Origin: Octopus vulgaris
Taxonomy: Eukaryota
DNA: 64,000 bases
Assembly (NCBI GenBank): GCA_951406725.2
Contig: OX597817.1
Coordinates: 115,692,001 to 115,756,000, forward strand
Direction of reading: 5' to 3'
Shown here: positions 52,998-64,000 of the stretch, in pieces
Layout of the letters: every line of letters starts with the position of its first letter
Numbering within the stretch: the stretch's first letter is position 1
The notes under the pieces: generated by a model
The model's input: only the letters and a program-made list of their open reading frames with translations
Told to the model about the DNA's origin: nothing
Databases searched by the model: none
Position numbers and translations under genes: made by a program

Positions 52998-53888
52998 TAC
53001 GTGTTCTGATCAATAAGTATACTGACTGTTACAATAGTAACGAAGCTAAATGATGCTTGGTACAGATTGACCATAAGCTCCTCTGTTCATGTGCGCTAAC
53101 TTTTAAGGTTCAAGCTCAATTCCGCTGTTTACAACTGTGATTAGAAGGAAGGAAGGTGTGTAGCGTGTGATCGTCGCATTGACCATGACAAGGAAAGTTG
53201 AGCCGAGAATCTGCATCAAATTTTGCCAAAAGCTTGGCACAACCTGCTCATGGGCCTACGCAATGTTTTCAAAAAGTTTTCATCGTTCTCGGCACAATCA
53301 AGGATATATTGTGCAACTGAAACCCGAATGTCTTTTTGGTCAGTTGACAGCAGTTTTGGCACAAATTTCGCAGACACGCGTCTCATACCCAAAACGTCAG
53401 TGATAATGGACTGAACTGAACCGTAACTAATCTGCACATCGTCTGATAACTCACGGATTGTGATTGGAGGACTTCTCCTCACAGCTGCTCGCACATTTTG
53501 TCTCGCTATGTTTGTCTCAGTTCTGCTGGTTCCTGGTCTTCCAGAACGTTATCAATATAGACATTTTTTCGGCCATCTTCGAAACGTCAGAACCACTCGC
53601 AAACTTGTATGCGGCTCATACACTCCTCTCCTTAAACTTTCTGCAAATTTGTGTAGTCCTCTAAGCAGGTATCGCTATGACAACTTTCTGTCATGGTTAA
53701 TGCAACGATCACAGGCTACACATCTTTCTTCCAAATACTGCTGGAAACAGCGGATGTGAGCTAGAACCTTAAAACTTAATGTGCATGCACAGTGGAGTTA
53801 TTTTCAATATTTACCAAGCAGTTTACTCCGCGTGCGTTAGGGTCGTTACGATGGCAATAGTCCGGATACTTATTGATCAGATCTCGTA
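52998..53888. mobile_element. Mariner derivative built from two inverted 5' ends
   Basis: TACGTGTTCTGATCAATAAGTAT ... ATACTTATTGATCAGATCTCGTA. The plus arm encodes MTRKVEPRICIKFCQKLG. The minus arm encodes MSRIQVCEWF..RSGRP..ITIRELSDDVQISYGSVQSII..LGMRRVSAKFVPKLL..DENFLK. No DDD domain. Confidence 0.9.
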
Positions 53889-54224
53889 ATAAGCTAATTC
53901 AATTTGCATGTGAAGAAAACTATATAATTGTGAGTGGTTCGTCAAGCGTCGGAATGAATTACTACAACCGAATATACTCCTGTGTTTTAGTATTAATCAA
54001 AACAATACTGCAAATGTTTTTCTCATGATATATTCATATAGTGCTGACATTCCATGCTACGTAGTAGCAGACCGGAGATTCAAATTAGTTGTTGTTACTC
54101 TCGCAAATCTTTGAAGGAATATTAATGGGTGAACGTATAACCAAGGTGCGGATATATGAGACGCTTCAAATTTTGAAGATATTGGCAATTCAATTGAACT
54201 AGTTTTTTTTTTACGTGTTGTAGC

Positions 54225-54401
54225 CAATAGACTGCGGTCATGCTGGGTCAGGTTGTTTTATGAAATTTGGTCGAACGAATCAATCCTGTCATAACATTTA
54301 AAGCCTGGTAACTGTTGTATTGTTCCCACGTGCCGAACACCTAGGTTATGGAAACGTAAAGAAACCAACACCGGTTGTCAAATAGTGAGAGACCAAGACA
54401 A

Positions 54402-54433
<32 letters not shown>

Positions 54434-54600
54434 AAACAACGGACGTCTATCAGTTTCCGTGCAACAAACTATACACAAGGCTTTGAACAACACAACGCTA
54501 TAGTCAAAGACACTTGTTCAAGGTGCCATGAAGCTGGATTGAACCCAGAATCATAGAGTTGGGAAGCAAACTCCTTACCATACAACTTCGCCCACGCCTG
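54225..54600 (-). mobile_element. SINE family B copy with internal (CA)n
   Basis: Homologous to 14585 and 54932 (AAGACACTTG..AAGG..GGAAGCAA.CT.CTTACCA). Confidence 0.8.
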
Positions 54601-54931
54601 TTATCTAATTTTAATTAATACAATTCAGCTATATTGGCTTTAGTTTATTCGTGCTGCAGTTGTGCTGTCTCATTGCGCGGTTGAAACAGAGTGCAAGCAT
54701 ATATGTGAAAGTGGTAATGTGATGCATAACTAGAATGAAAGCGGTTGAACAAAGAAATGAAATTCAAAGCTGGCAAATTCTTTGTCGGCAGAATAAAGCA
54801 ATAAGCAAGTATACATACATACATACATACAGACATCCACCCATCCATCCATCCATCCATCCATATATACATACATACATATATACAAACACACACATAC
54901 ACACTCACACACAAGCACGCACACATATTCC

Positions 54932-55331
54932 TTTGCTCTTTTTATTCTTTTACTTGTTTCAGTCATTTGATAGCGGCCATGCTAGAGCACCTCCTCGAAT
55001 GGTTTTAGTAGAAATCGATCCAAGGATTCATGTTTTGTAAGCCTAGCACTAAACACACCAGCACCGGTTGTCAAGCTGTGATGGGTTGGACAAACACTGA
55101 CACGAAGTCACACACACATAGACATATGTATAAACACAAACATAGATATATACATAGACACATATATATACGACTGTCTTTTTTCAGATTCCATCCACCA
55201 AATCCACTCACAAGGCTTTGTTCAGCCTCAAGCTATAGTAGAAGACACTTGCTTAAGGGGCCACACAGTGGGGCTGAACCGGAGCCATGCAGTTAGGAAG
55301 CAAGCTTCCAGCCACAGAGCCACGCCTGCGC
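54932..55331 (-). mobile_element. SINE family B copy
   Basis: Reverse complement begins GCGCAGGCGTGGCTCTGTGGCTGGAAGCTTGCTTCCTAA..GGTTCAGCCCCACTG. Confidence 0.8.
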
Positions 55332-55501
55332 TAATATATATGTATATATATATGTGTGTGTGTGTGCGTGTGTGTATGCGTCTGTATGTATGTGTGTGTG
55401 TATGTGTGTGCATTCAATATATATGTATATTTATATATGTCTATATATGTATATGCATATATACATATATATGTATATATATACACATATATATGTATAT
55501 G

Positions 55502-55544
<43 letters not shown>

Positions 55545-55549
<5 letters not shown>

Positions 55550-55760
55550 ATCCAAACAAGAAAACACAGAAAAAAAACACAGCAACGCGAGGACGTGGAA
55601 CAATTAAATTATTATTTGACGCTCAGGAAAGAAGGGAAGGAGGGTTTAACGTTTCGAGCGGAGCTCTTCGTTTGAAACAAGGAGAAGGAAAGATCCCAAG
55701 AAGGGAAGACAGAGGAAAACAATATTTTTGCTGGTGGTGCTCAAGAGATCACATGTTGAA
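55545..55760 (-). mobile_element. PLE 3' tail between (TA)n tracts with a mutated minimal hammerhead (55644-55678)
   Basis: Minus strand reads GTTT CAAACGA A GAGC-TCC-GCTC GAAA CG TT AAAC. Stems I and II are perfect, stem III is the palindrome AACGTT, and the core has two substitutions from CTGACGA. Confidence 0.7.
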
Positions 55761-55784
55761 ATATATATATATATATATATATAT

Positions 55785-55950
55785 ATTTATTATATAGAAG
55801 GAGCTTCTACAGGACTAGAACTGTTTCATTCAAGAGAAATCATCAGGAAGCTAGTCCTGTAGAAGCTCCTTCTATATAATAAATTAATTTTACTCTGCTA
55901 TGTATTGAGTACCTTATTTACTGTGGTTAACCCCGAATCATCCCGGGACC

Positions 55951-55952
<2 letters not shown>
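55785..55952. mobile_element. Head-to-head inverted PLE tails forming a perfect 34-bp hairpin
   Basis: 55785-55818 is the exact reverse complement of 55851-55884, with a 32-nt spacer. (TA)n on both outer sides. Confidence 0.9.
55802..55852 (-). ncRNA. Type I hammerhead ribozyme with intact core
   Basis: Minus strand reads AGCTTC CTGATGA TTTC-TCTT-GAAT GAAA CAG-TTCTAGTC-CTG TA GAAGCT: 6-bp stem I, 3-bp stem II plus a U.U pair, 4-bp stem III and a GUA triplet. AATAAA and (TA)n follow. Confidence 0.85.
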
Positions 55953-55999
<47 letters not shown>

Positions 56000-56214
56000 A
56001 ACCCAGGCATATTCCCCATTTTTTTAGGAGGGGTACCCGCAACAAGACATACACCAGACATTCCATTCATTTCCCTCCTCAAAAAGGTGAGCCCCGTTGT
56101 ATGATCGCGTCGTCATAGAACGCAACCGCCAATATCAGCAGCAGGACCGGACAGTTTATGCTGGTTTACCCCTGCCGCCTCATGCTGGATTCGTACCCCT
56201 TTGAGCAACTGTGT

Positions 56215-56475
56215 ACTGCGCACTTGGAAGTATTGGCACTCAGCTTCCAGATGGGCCAAAAAGATTGGTACAAATGTAAAGGTAGAACACCTGCAAAAAT
56301 CAGCATTGCTTGGAACAGCAGGAATTCTTCGCAGGGTTCTTGAAACATGACCAGCTAACAACCGTCACTTCAGTCTCCTGGCTGTGGACAGCAGATACTT
56401 TCCGTCATACCCAGCAAAATAAAATGTGAGTTTTCATCAAATAATTATGATGATAATAATAATGATAATAATAAT
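56215..56475 (+). mobile_element. R4/Dong-like LINE 3' end, same family as 20886-22050
   Basis: ALGSIG..VKVEHLQKSALLGTAGILRRVLET*. UTR CTGGCTGTGGACAGC..CATACCCAG..GTTTTCATCAAATAAT matches the reverse complement of 20895-20960. (TAA)n tail. Confidence 0.88.
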
Positions 56476-57411
56476 GTAAGAATTGGTATTAATAACAATA
56501 GTAATTTCTGAAAATAATAAGCAGAATTACAAGAAACAAGATATAATAAGCGCAAGCACATTGTTCTAGAGTATGTCTCTGTGTGCCCTCATTTTTAAAC
56601 AGATATCATCGTCACATTCTCAATATAACTTTTTAAATGCTATATTATTTCAATGATTATCCAGAGAAAACTTGAGAGAAGCTCCTGAAAACTTTACTTG
56701 TTAATTTCATGTGATAATTTGATTCGTGTGGATAACCTAGAGATTCGTTGTAGATTTTATTCAAGTTCAATAAGACAGAAATTGAGTTTGTTTAATCTTT
56801 GCTGCAATGATTTTTCATTAGTGTATTCGCCTTTCAACGAGCTCGCCAGCCTTTCATATCTGTCTTTAGAATCAGCTGCAATTGTTAAAATCTATATTTT
56901 AAACGAGGTAATCAATACGCTTCTTTTTCACTGAATTATATATACCTACTTCCCACTGGCTAACTAACAGCATTCAGGGATATTCAATAGCTCATAATGG
57001 AAATATTTATACATGTTCATCATTGTCAGATGTTTCTTTTTACTCTTAAATTTACGGGTTATTTTTCTCTAAATTTTAAAGATTTTTATGTATATTGCAA
57101 TCTATCTATTCCAAGTAGTATAACTGAGAAAGATTCTAGATAATGTTAGCATTAATATATTCAGGAATTGTGTCCTATTACTTGAAATATTTCGTTTGGC
57201 TTTAAATCAGATTGATTAATGATTATTCAACACAAATTAAAAATACACAGAGAATCTTATGTGTTTTCAGATGCTGATTGGATGTTATGATTATTTCAGT
57301 AAGGTTTAAGAAGTGGGATTTTGAATATTGAATAGTTAGCTTTTGAATAGATAAGATTTTAAAAATAATGTTGTTGTCAGTGTACTACATTGAGCTGCTT
57401 CTGACATTATC

Positions 57412-57783
57412 TTGTATCTTTTACTTGTACTAGTCATTGGATTGCAGTGGTGCTGCGGCACAGTACTGAAGGATTCAGCCCAACAAATTTACCCCAGTAC
57501 TAATATTTTCAAGTCTAGTATTTATTTTATCGGTATATTTTGCCAAACAGCTAGATTTCGGTGACGTAAAAAAACCCAGCACTGGTCATCAAGCTGTTGT
57601 AGGCATACCCAACACAAACACGCGCGCGCGTGCACACACACACATGCACACACAAATATGTATGCATGTATATATATATATATATAATGTGCTTGTCTCA
57701 GTTTCCATGAACCAAATCCACACACGAGCAACAGTAAAAGTCACTAGGTTAAGCTTCTTAACCACACCGCTACGGCTGTGCCT
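57412..57783 (-). mobile_element. SINE family B copy, internally deleted
   Basis: CAGTTTCC..ACCAAATCCAC..AAGCTTCTTAACCACAC is homologous to 54932-55331. Confidence 0.7.
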
Positions 57784-59747
57784 ATATAGCTACAATTGTA
57801 GGTGCAGCCATGTTTATATAAACACGGCTGCGCTTAAATAATTTCCTAAAAGATAATTCCTTTTCTGTTTAAAGATTTATTTACTGTCAAAAAGTAGTAT
57901 CTGGCAATGCTATGGTCACATTACTCGTTCATGGGATCTACCCAGTACTATACCCAGAATTTGAAACCAATATATCACATTGTGTTATTTTAAGGAAGAA
58001 CAATGTGCTGGATAATCAGTAGAATGATGGAGAAAAAAAAGCCTTGCACTTTTCTGTCATATCCCTCTACTTTATGCACTCAAGTCTCTCTTTCTGATTA
58101 TGATAAATAAGTATAAACCAGGTATTCAGGAGGATTTAATCAACATATAGTGTCCAGAAGCAGTGGACCTGTGGGTGTTGCAAATCAATATATTATTTTA
58201 TAAATACCTTTACTTCTATACATTCACTAAAGTAAAGACTGTTCTGTGACTTACGAATTGAACATCCCACCAAAATGTTTTGATTGGTTGATCATATTTG
58301 ATTTATCACTTTGGTATTTCCTTTCGGATTTTAAACAGTGCTAGAGGAAGTCTTGGTTTATTAAATGTATAAAAATAATCATAGTTATTTGAAGTTTGTC
58401 AATACTTCTATGTTATATGTGCAAGATCATGACATTCGTTTATTTAATATGCAGAACGATTCCTTAGTTATTTCCATCATGACTAATATTAATGTATTAT
58501 TAATGAATTAAAGGAAGTGATGGCAGATAATTTCACATCAGGTTTGTGGGCCTTCCTGGAAATGGGAGATTGATAGATTTCCTATAAATTTGAAGCTTTT
58601 GTAGAGCGACACAAGGTATCAAAGGAGAATCTGTGATGTCTCTTAACTTGCTGCTAATAGATGATATATTGTTTTGAAATATCACCCAGTCCTAGGAAGT
58701 TGACTATATACTAGATAGAATAACTCTAGATACAATATGTCACAAATATGAGATGGTTAAATACGGCAGCTCAATGAAATGTTCAATTCGACATTCTCAG
58801 TTCAACTCTACTCTTAACAAAATATTGAATCAGATATGACTAGAAAGAACTTATAAATTGTTAAAAGTAATGATTTGTTTTTTAACATAATGTACAAATT
58901 TAATTAAGCAGACTACAATATCTGCCTAATTGTCAAATAAAGACATCATGCTGCTATAAACAGCATAGCAGTAAATATGAAAATGGATGTATTGTATCTG
59001 TATGCTTTTCAACACAACATTCAGTAAAATGCTTTCTGTAGTTCTTATTATATACACACTTCATCATCTCCATGCATCGGGCTATAATATACAATTGGAA
59101 AACAATCCGCCAAATCTTGTATATAATTACACAGCTTCTTTATGAAAGTTGCACAAAGCTCAGTGTGAAAATATTCACAATGAAACAAAATCAAGAATCA
59201 TATATTTCAAAAATCTTACAAACATCTACATAGGCAGTGACATATATACATTCAATAAATGAGTACTAAGTATATCAAAATATATATTCGACTAGAAAAC
59301 ATAAAATTTATATAAACGTAATAACATAATAGGAACAGCCATCATGATATAGGACGACAGAATAAACAAACAATCCAAAGGAAGAAACAAAAGAGAAATA
59401 ATGAAAGTAGACTAAAGTAAATCATATACCCAGTAAAATATGAATGTAACACAAACAAAAATAGCAAAGTATTAGCAGCAACATCAACAAAAAGACTACA
59501 TCATATACTTCGATAGGATGCTTAGCATTAGGGATGAGATATCCCAATGATATATAGTGACGAATCCTTACATTTAAAGAGACTTTAAATAATTAGGTGT
59601 ACACAGGGAGGAAAATGTTAATTTGATATATTATTTAAATAATATATATTTATTTTCCATTGGTTCTGTTCAAAGATATTGAATTGTCATATACCAAGTA
59701 GACTCTTTCTATTCATTCTAGTTGTTAATAAATACACATGCTGTAAA

Positions 59748-60175
59748 GACAGCGAGTTGGCAGAATCGTTAGCACGTCGGACAAATTGGTTAGTGTCATT
59801 TCGTCCGTCTTTACGATTGAGCTCAAATTTCGCTGTGGTCGAATTTGCATTTCAGCATTTTGGGATGGATAAAATAAATACCAGTTAAGCACTGAGGGGT
59901 CGATGTAATAGACTCACATTCCTACCCTGACAATACTTGCCTTGAACCAAAATTTTAATTACAAGGCGGCGAACAGGCAGAATCGTTACGTTGTCGAGGA
60001 AAAAGTATAGCGGTATTTCGTCCACCTTTATGTTCTGAGTTCAAATGTAGCTGGGAATGATTTTGCCTTTTATCCTTTCGGGGTCAATAAAATAAGTACC
60101 AGTTGAGCACTCGGGTCGGTGTAATCGATGTACCCCTTCTTTCGAATTTGCAGGCCTCGTACCAAAATTTAAAAT
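59748..60175 (+). mobile_element. Two tandem SINE family A copies (59748-59960 and 59964-60175)
   Basis: Each has GCAGAATCGTTA..TTTCGTCC..TCAAAT..TTTGC..GATAAAATAA.TACCAGTT.AGCACT (or a close variant). Confidence 0.85.
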
Positions 60176-61221
60176 CGATGTATTATATTTGCGGTAAAAG
60201 TTGCATTTGAAGCACACAAGCAGAAAGCTTAGTAAGGGATGGTGGTATAGCCTGCGAAAAGTTATGGTCATGAAACATATGAGCACATAGATTATAAATT
60301 GATAAAATCCTTTCCGATTTTAGGGTTGGACAGGATTCGATTATTTGTTTTACGAAAATTAGTGAAAGCAGGCTCAATAAGGATCACTATCTGGTGTTAG
60401 ATGATTTTAAAGCCAGATTCGGTCACAAATGAATTGCATTGCATAATACTGAACTTTTCGGATGACATTCAACATGGGACTTTGGATCATAATGATACGA
60501 AATAAGGTTGGGTTTGGTAAATCGGTGCTTGGGCGTTAAATGTAGAAGATAGAAAGTGTTTCGAAAGTATTGTTCTTCGTGTGGTATGAACATAAAACAA
60601 GGAGGCCAGGAAATCTAGTTACGTTACCAACAGGAATATTACTTAAAAACTCAGTTTAGTTTAGACGTGATACGAAGGAGAATTTTCCATAGTTTTTAAA
60701 TCTGTGAAAAAATTTAGGGTAACCCTTAATTTAAATTTCTATGTAAGTTACATTGTTAATAATATATAGCTTATCCATTCGTGATGTCTTACTCTTAACT
60801 TGAAATCAATTTACAGTAATGTAACGTAATTACGCAGAAAAAATAGTTTTATTTACAATTGTTTTGAAGAAATAAAAATTTAAATTATTTTCACAGGAAG
60901 TTCTTTTCACAATACAGAAAAGTTAAACTAAACTGAATAGCGAATACAAATATTTAATCATCGTATTTTAATTAAAATTGTGTACATTGTCTTAATTAGA
61001 TACTGAATTTAATATATATGAACTTAAGTATACAGATATCTTTCTAGGTGATAAATCTTGCAGCTATATTGGACGGATCAAATGTCAGGTATAAAATTAT
61101 TCAAGGAAGAATTTTAATTTTTAAATACAATCTAGTTGAATAGGAAAATAAATAAAAAAACAGCTTAGTTTTTGTTTTTCCAATTTAGCATTAATAATAT
61201 AAAACTTTCAGGTCCAAAACT

Positions 61222-61421
61222 TTAACAATCAGATTACTCTATCAAATGTTTATCTATCCGCATTGTTTTGAATTAATCATGCCGTATCGCATAAGTTTGA
61301 GACTTCATTTGTAAGTCAGTTTATATTTTTCAATGACATTATAGGGTAGGTATGAGAGGCTGGTTTTGGTCAATTTTAAAGCGTAAAACGAGTTGATAGT
61401 TTGGCCGGATTAAATGCTTAA
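61222..61421. mobile_element. Possible TTAA-bounded (piggyBac-like) MITE relic
   Basis: TTAA at both ends. The interior resembles a repeat I recall from cephalopod DNA, and the TIRs are largely eroded. Confidence 0.3.
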
Positions 61422-64000
61422 TGGAATGTTTTGTCCTGTAAGTTACCAAAGATTGTGACTTCGTTCAATAATATATGCGTGGAGATTTTATGCGTGCGTT
61501 GCAGTCTATTGTTGTAATTCCACAATACTAATGATGCCTCCTTTATTAACCCCCGAGGAACAAAATTCAATAATCACATACAGAGTTATAAACCTGGAAG
61601 TATGAAAAGATATTACTTAGGAGTATACCTTGTTTTATGACGCTCTCTATCGATTCCACCATAAATATATATACAAACTGAAAGTAAGCTAAATCCATGT
61701 TGCTTTAGTTTTACAATTTTAAAAGAAATATCAAATATTAATTTTTATTACCTCCGAATATTTTGTTCTGCCTTTCTAAACTAACATCTAAACAAATTTA
61801 CTATTAATTTGAAATCCATTAATTATTAGTAAGTACTTGATGTTGCACTGAAGACGACATATTGTATGTTAAGAACAACCAATTTAGTAGCTCTCCAACA
61901 TTTTCCATTCATTATTTATGTGTCTTAAATATTTTTAACGTAAATTTAATCCGTGAGGTAGCGTCGCCTCATTATAAACCTAGAGCGTTCGAAATGTTAG
62001 CCTCTGAAACTAACTGTGCAAATTGGATTCATCTGTATATGTATGCATTTGTTTTGTCACAAAATACGTTGCACTCCGGAGATTCTGTAATCCAACGGCA
62101 ACAACCTAGATTACTAAATTTCGTCATTTATTTATCAGTAACGATCAAAGTTAAAAACGATATCACTACATGCATAAATGGAACTGTATGCTGTAAGTTC
62201 TGTAGCTACCATTTTAAAATATTCGCTGACACACCACTACTTATTTAGAATTAACAAATGCGAACGATATTTTAAATTATTTAAATAATATAAAAAATAA
62301 ATAAATGCTATTTGAATGTTAATAAATTATTGTAAAATGAATTCATATTCACTTTAGCGTTTCGGAAGGAAATAATAGAGCAAAATGGAAAACAATTTAT
62401 TATTTCCATTTAGGATAATTATCAATGCCCCTAATGGGTTTCTTGCGGATTATATATCATATTTAGTCGACTAAAAGCCTTTGTGAACAAATAATATCAT
62501 AGAACTGAAAAGTCACTAAACGATTTTCTGCGAACAAAGCAAGTTTAAATCGTTTTGCAGGAAATGTATGTATGTTTATTTTGATTTCAATGATTTTATA
62601 CAATCTATAATTCCATTCAGTATGCAGTGCTGAATTTCCATTTAAATGCGAACGTTTGTTTTGTTTGAATATATTATTAGGTATTAATCAGCTACGTATC
62701 ATCTTAAACAACTATTTTTTTTCATTTATAAATCTAAAAATTTAAAGTTTAAGAATTAAAATCCATTTGTTAAATACTTCGACAATTGCGTGACAAAATC
62801 TTAAATTCAAAGGAAAATGCATATAACACGAAATCTATGTGTCGAGGAATATAACGTTCGAGTTAATAGGATACATCTTAAAGCGTAAGTGTCAATTTTT
62901 GTGTATTGACAGAAAATTCGTGCATATGAATTGAATATACTTAAAACTTTCTCAAAGCTCGTAATTTAAAGATATCCGTTCTCAAGTCAGCTCTGCTTCC
63001 AGCAATATCTTATATTAGAATGCGTTATATTTATTTCTTATTTTCCAGTTGCTGTGTATGGCGGACAGAATATTATATTATAACTTATGAATTTGAAATA
63101 TATCTTTGTGGGAATCCAATTTGTGTTACGAATAAGTACACTGGAGGTATTAGTTTATTATAAACGAGATAGAGCTATGAATACGCAATTCAAGACACAA
63201 TAGTAGATGGTAAAAATGTTAATAAGCATCGGGCAGTAATCTCATGCAAATTGATATTATGTTCTTTAGAAAATAAGTACACTTCAAGTACCTTAAAATA
63301 TAAACACGAAATTTGAGTATATGCGCTTACTAGATACGTTATAATTGCAGAAAATATACTGCTGAAGTCTTTCTCACTTAGGAATTTGACATCAAACATG
63401 TTATTTTATTTATCCTACTGTGGACGGTAAAATAACGCAAAGAAATATGATTGAGGTTTACAAAATTCAAGTTATAAACCATGCTTCAGAACATCACCAC
63501 AAACATAATCTTGTTTTCGTTATCATTATTTTCACATTAATTATTAAATAAAAAACGAGTGATATATTGTTTTCTTAGCACAGGGTTAACTTTCGGTGGA
63601 GAAGTAGGTATATAAGGAATTGAATAACGCGGAGTACATTAGGGATATCCATCAACCTAGGAGGATGAATTGCAGACTATTGGACCCCAAAATTAGTTGA
63701 ATATATAACGTAGAGGGATAAAGCTATTAGGAATGCCATACTTTCGTTCACGCTTCAGTGTTTATTTACACTCGATAAACTAAATAAAAACAAGAAGTGC
63801 AACAAGTTGTCGTTATGCTGCGTGTTAACATTAATTTCCGATTTATATAATCCGATGGCCTAATTTTCAGTACAGATTATTCTTGATAGTATAATGAAAA
63901 TATTTTACAAGAGTACCTTGCAAAGCCAATATTTTTGGTGTAATACTGAATTCAAATTTTGAAAGAAGGCTAGAAATTTTGAGGCCTGAGGCAAGTCGAT

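Overview
AT-rich, microsatellite-dense animal DNA with no confident host gene; it reads as intergenic or deep-intronic. The SINE families resemble those I recall from octopus genomes, which is an inference and not a database result. The window is a mosaic of transposon remains: a near-complete hAT element with both TIRs and an 8-bp TSD inside a (TA)n tract (1124-4909), Tc1/mariner relics, R4/Dong-type (RLE) LINEs beside (TAA)n tracts, RTE and CR1-like LINE fragments, Helitron-like non-autonomous elements and three tRNA-type SINE families. The most striking signal is a set of at least seven type I hammerhead-ribozyme motifs from several sequence families. They sit in Penelope-like element (PLE) 3' tails, most followed by an AATAAA-like signal and/or a (TA)n tract. 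Two loci are inverted foldbacks (10035-10413 and 55785-55952), and two motifs (9765 and 55802-55852) keep the canonical core. Most ORFs in the supplied track are microsatellite artefacts.
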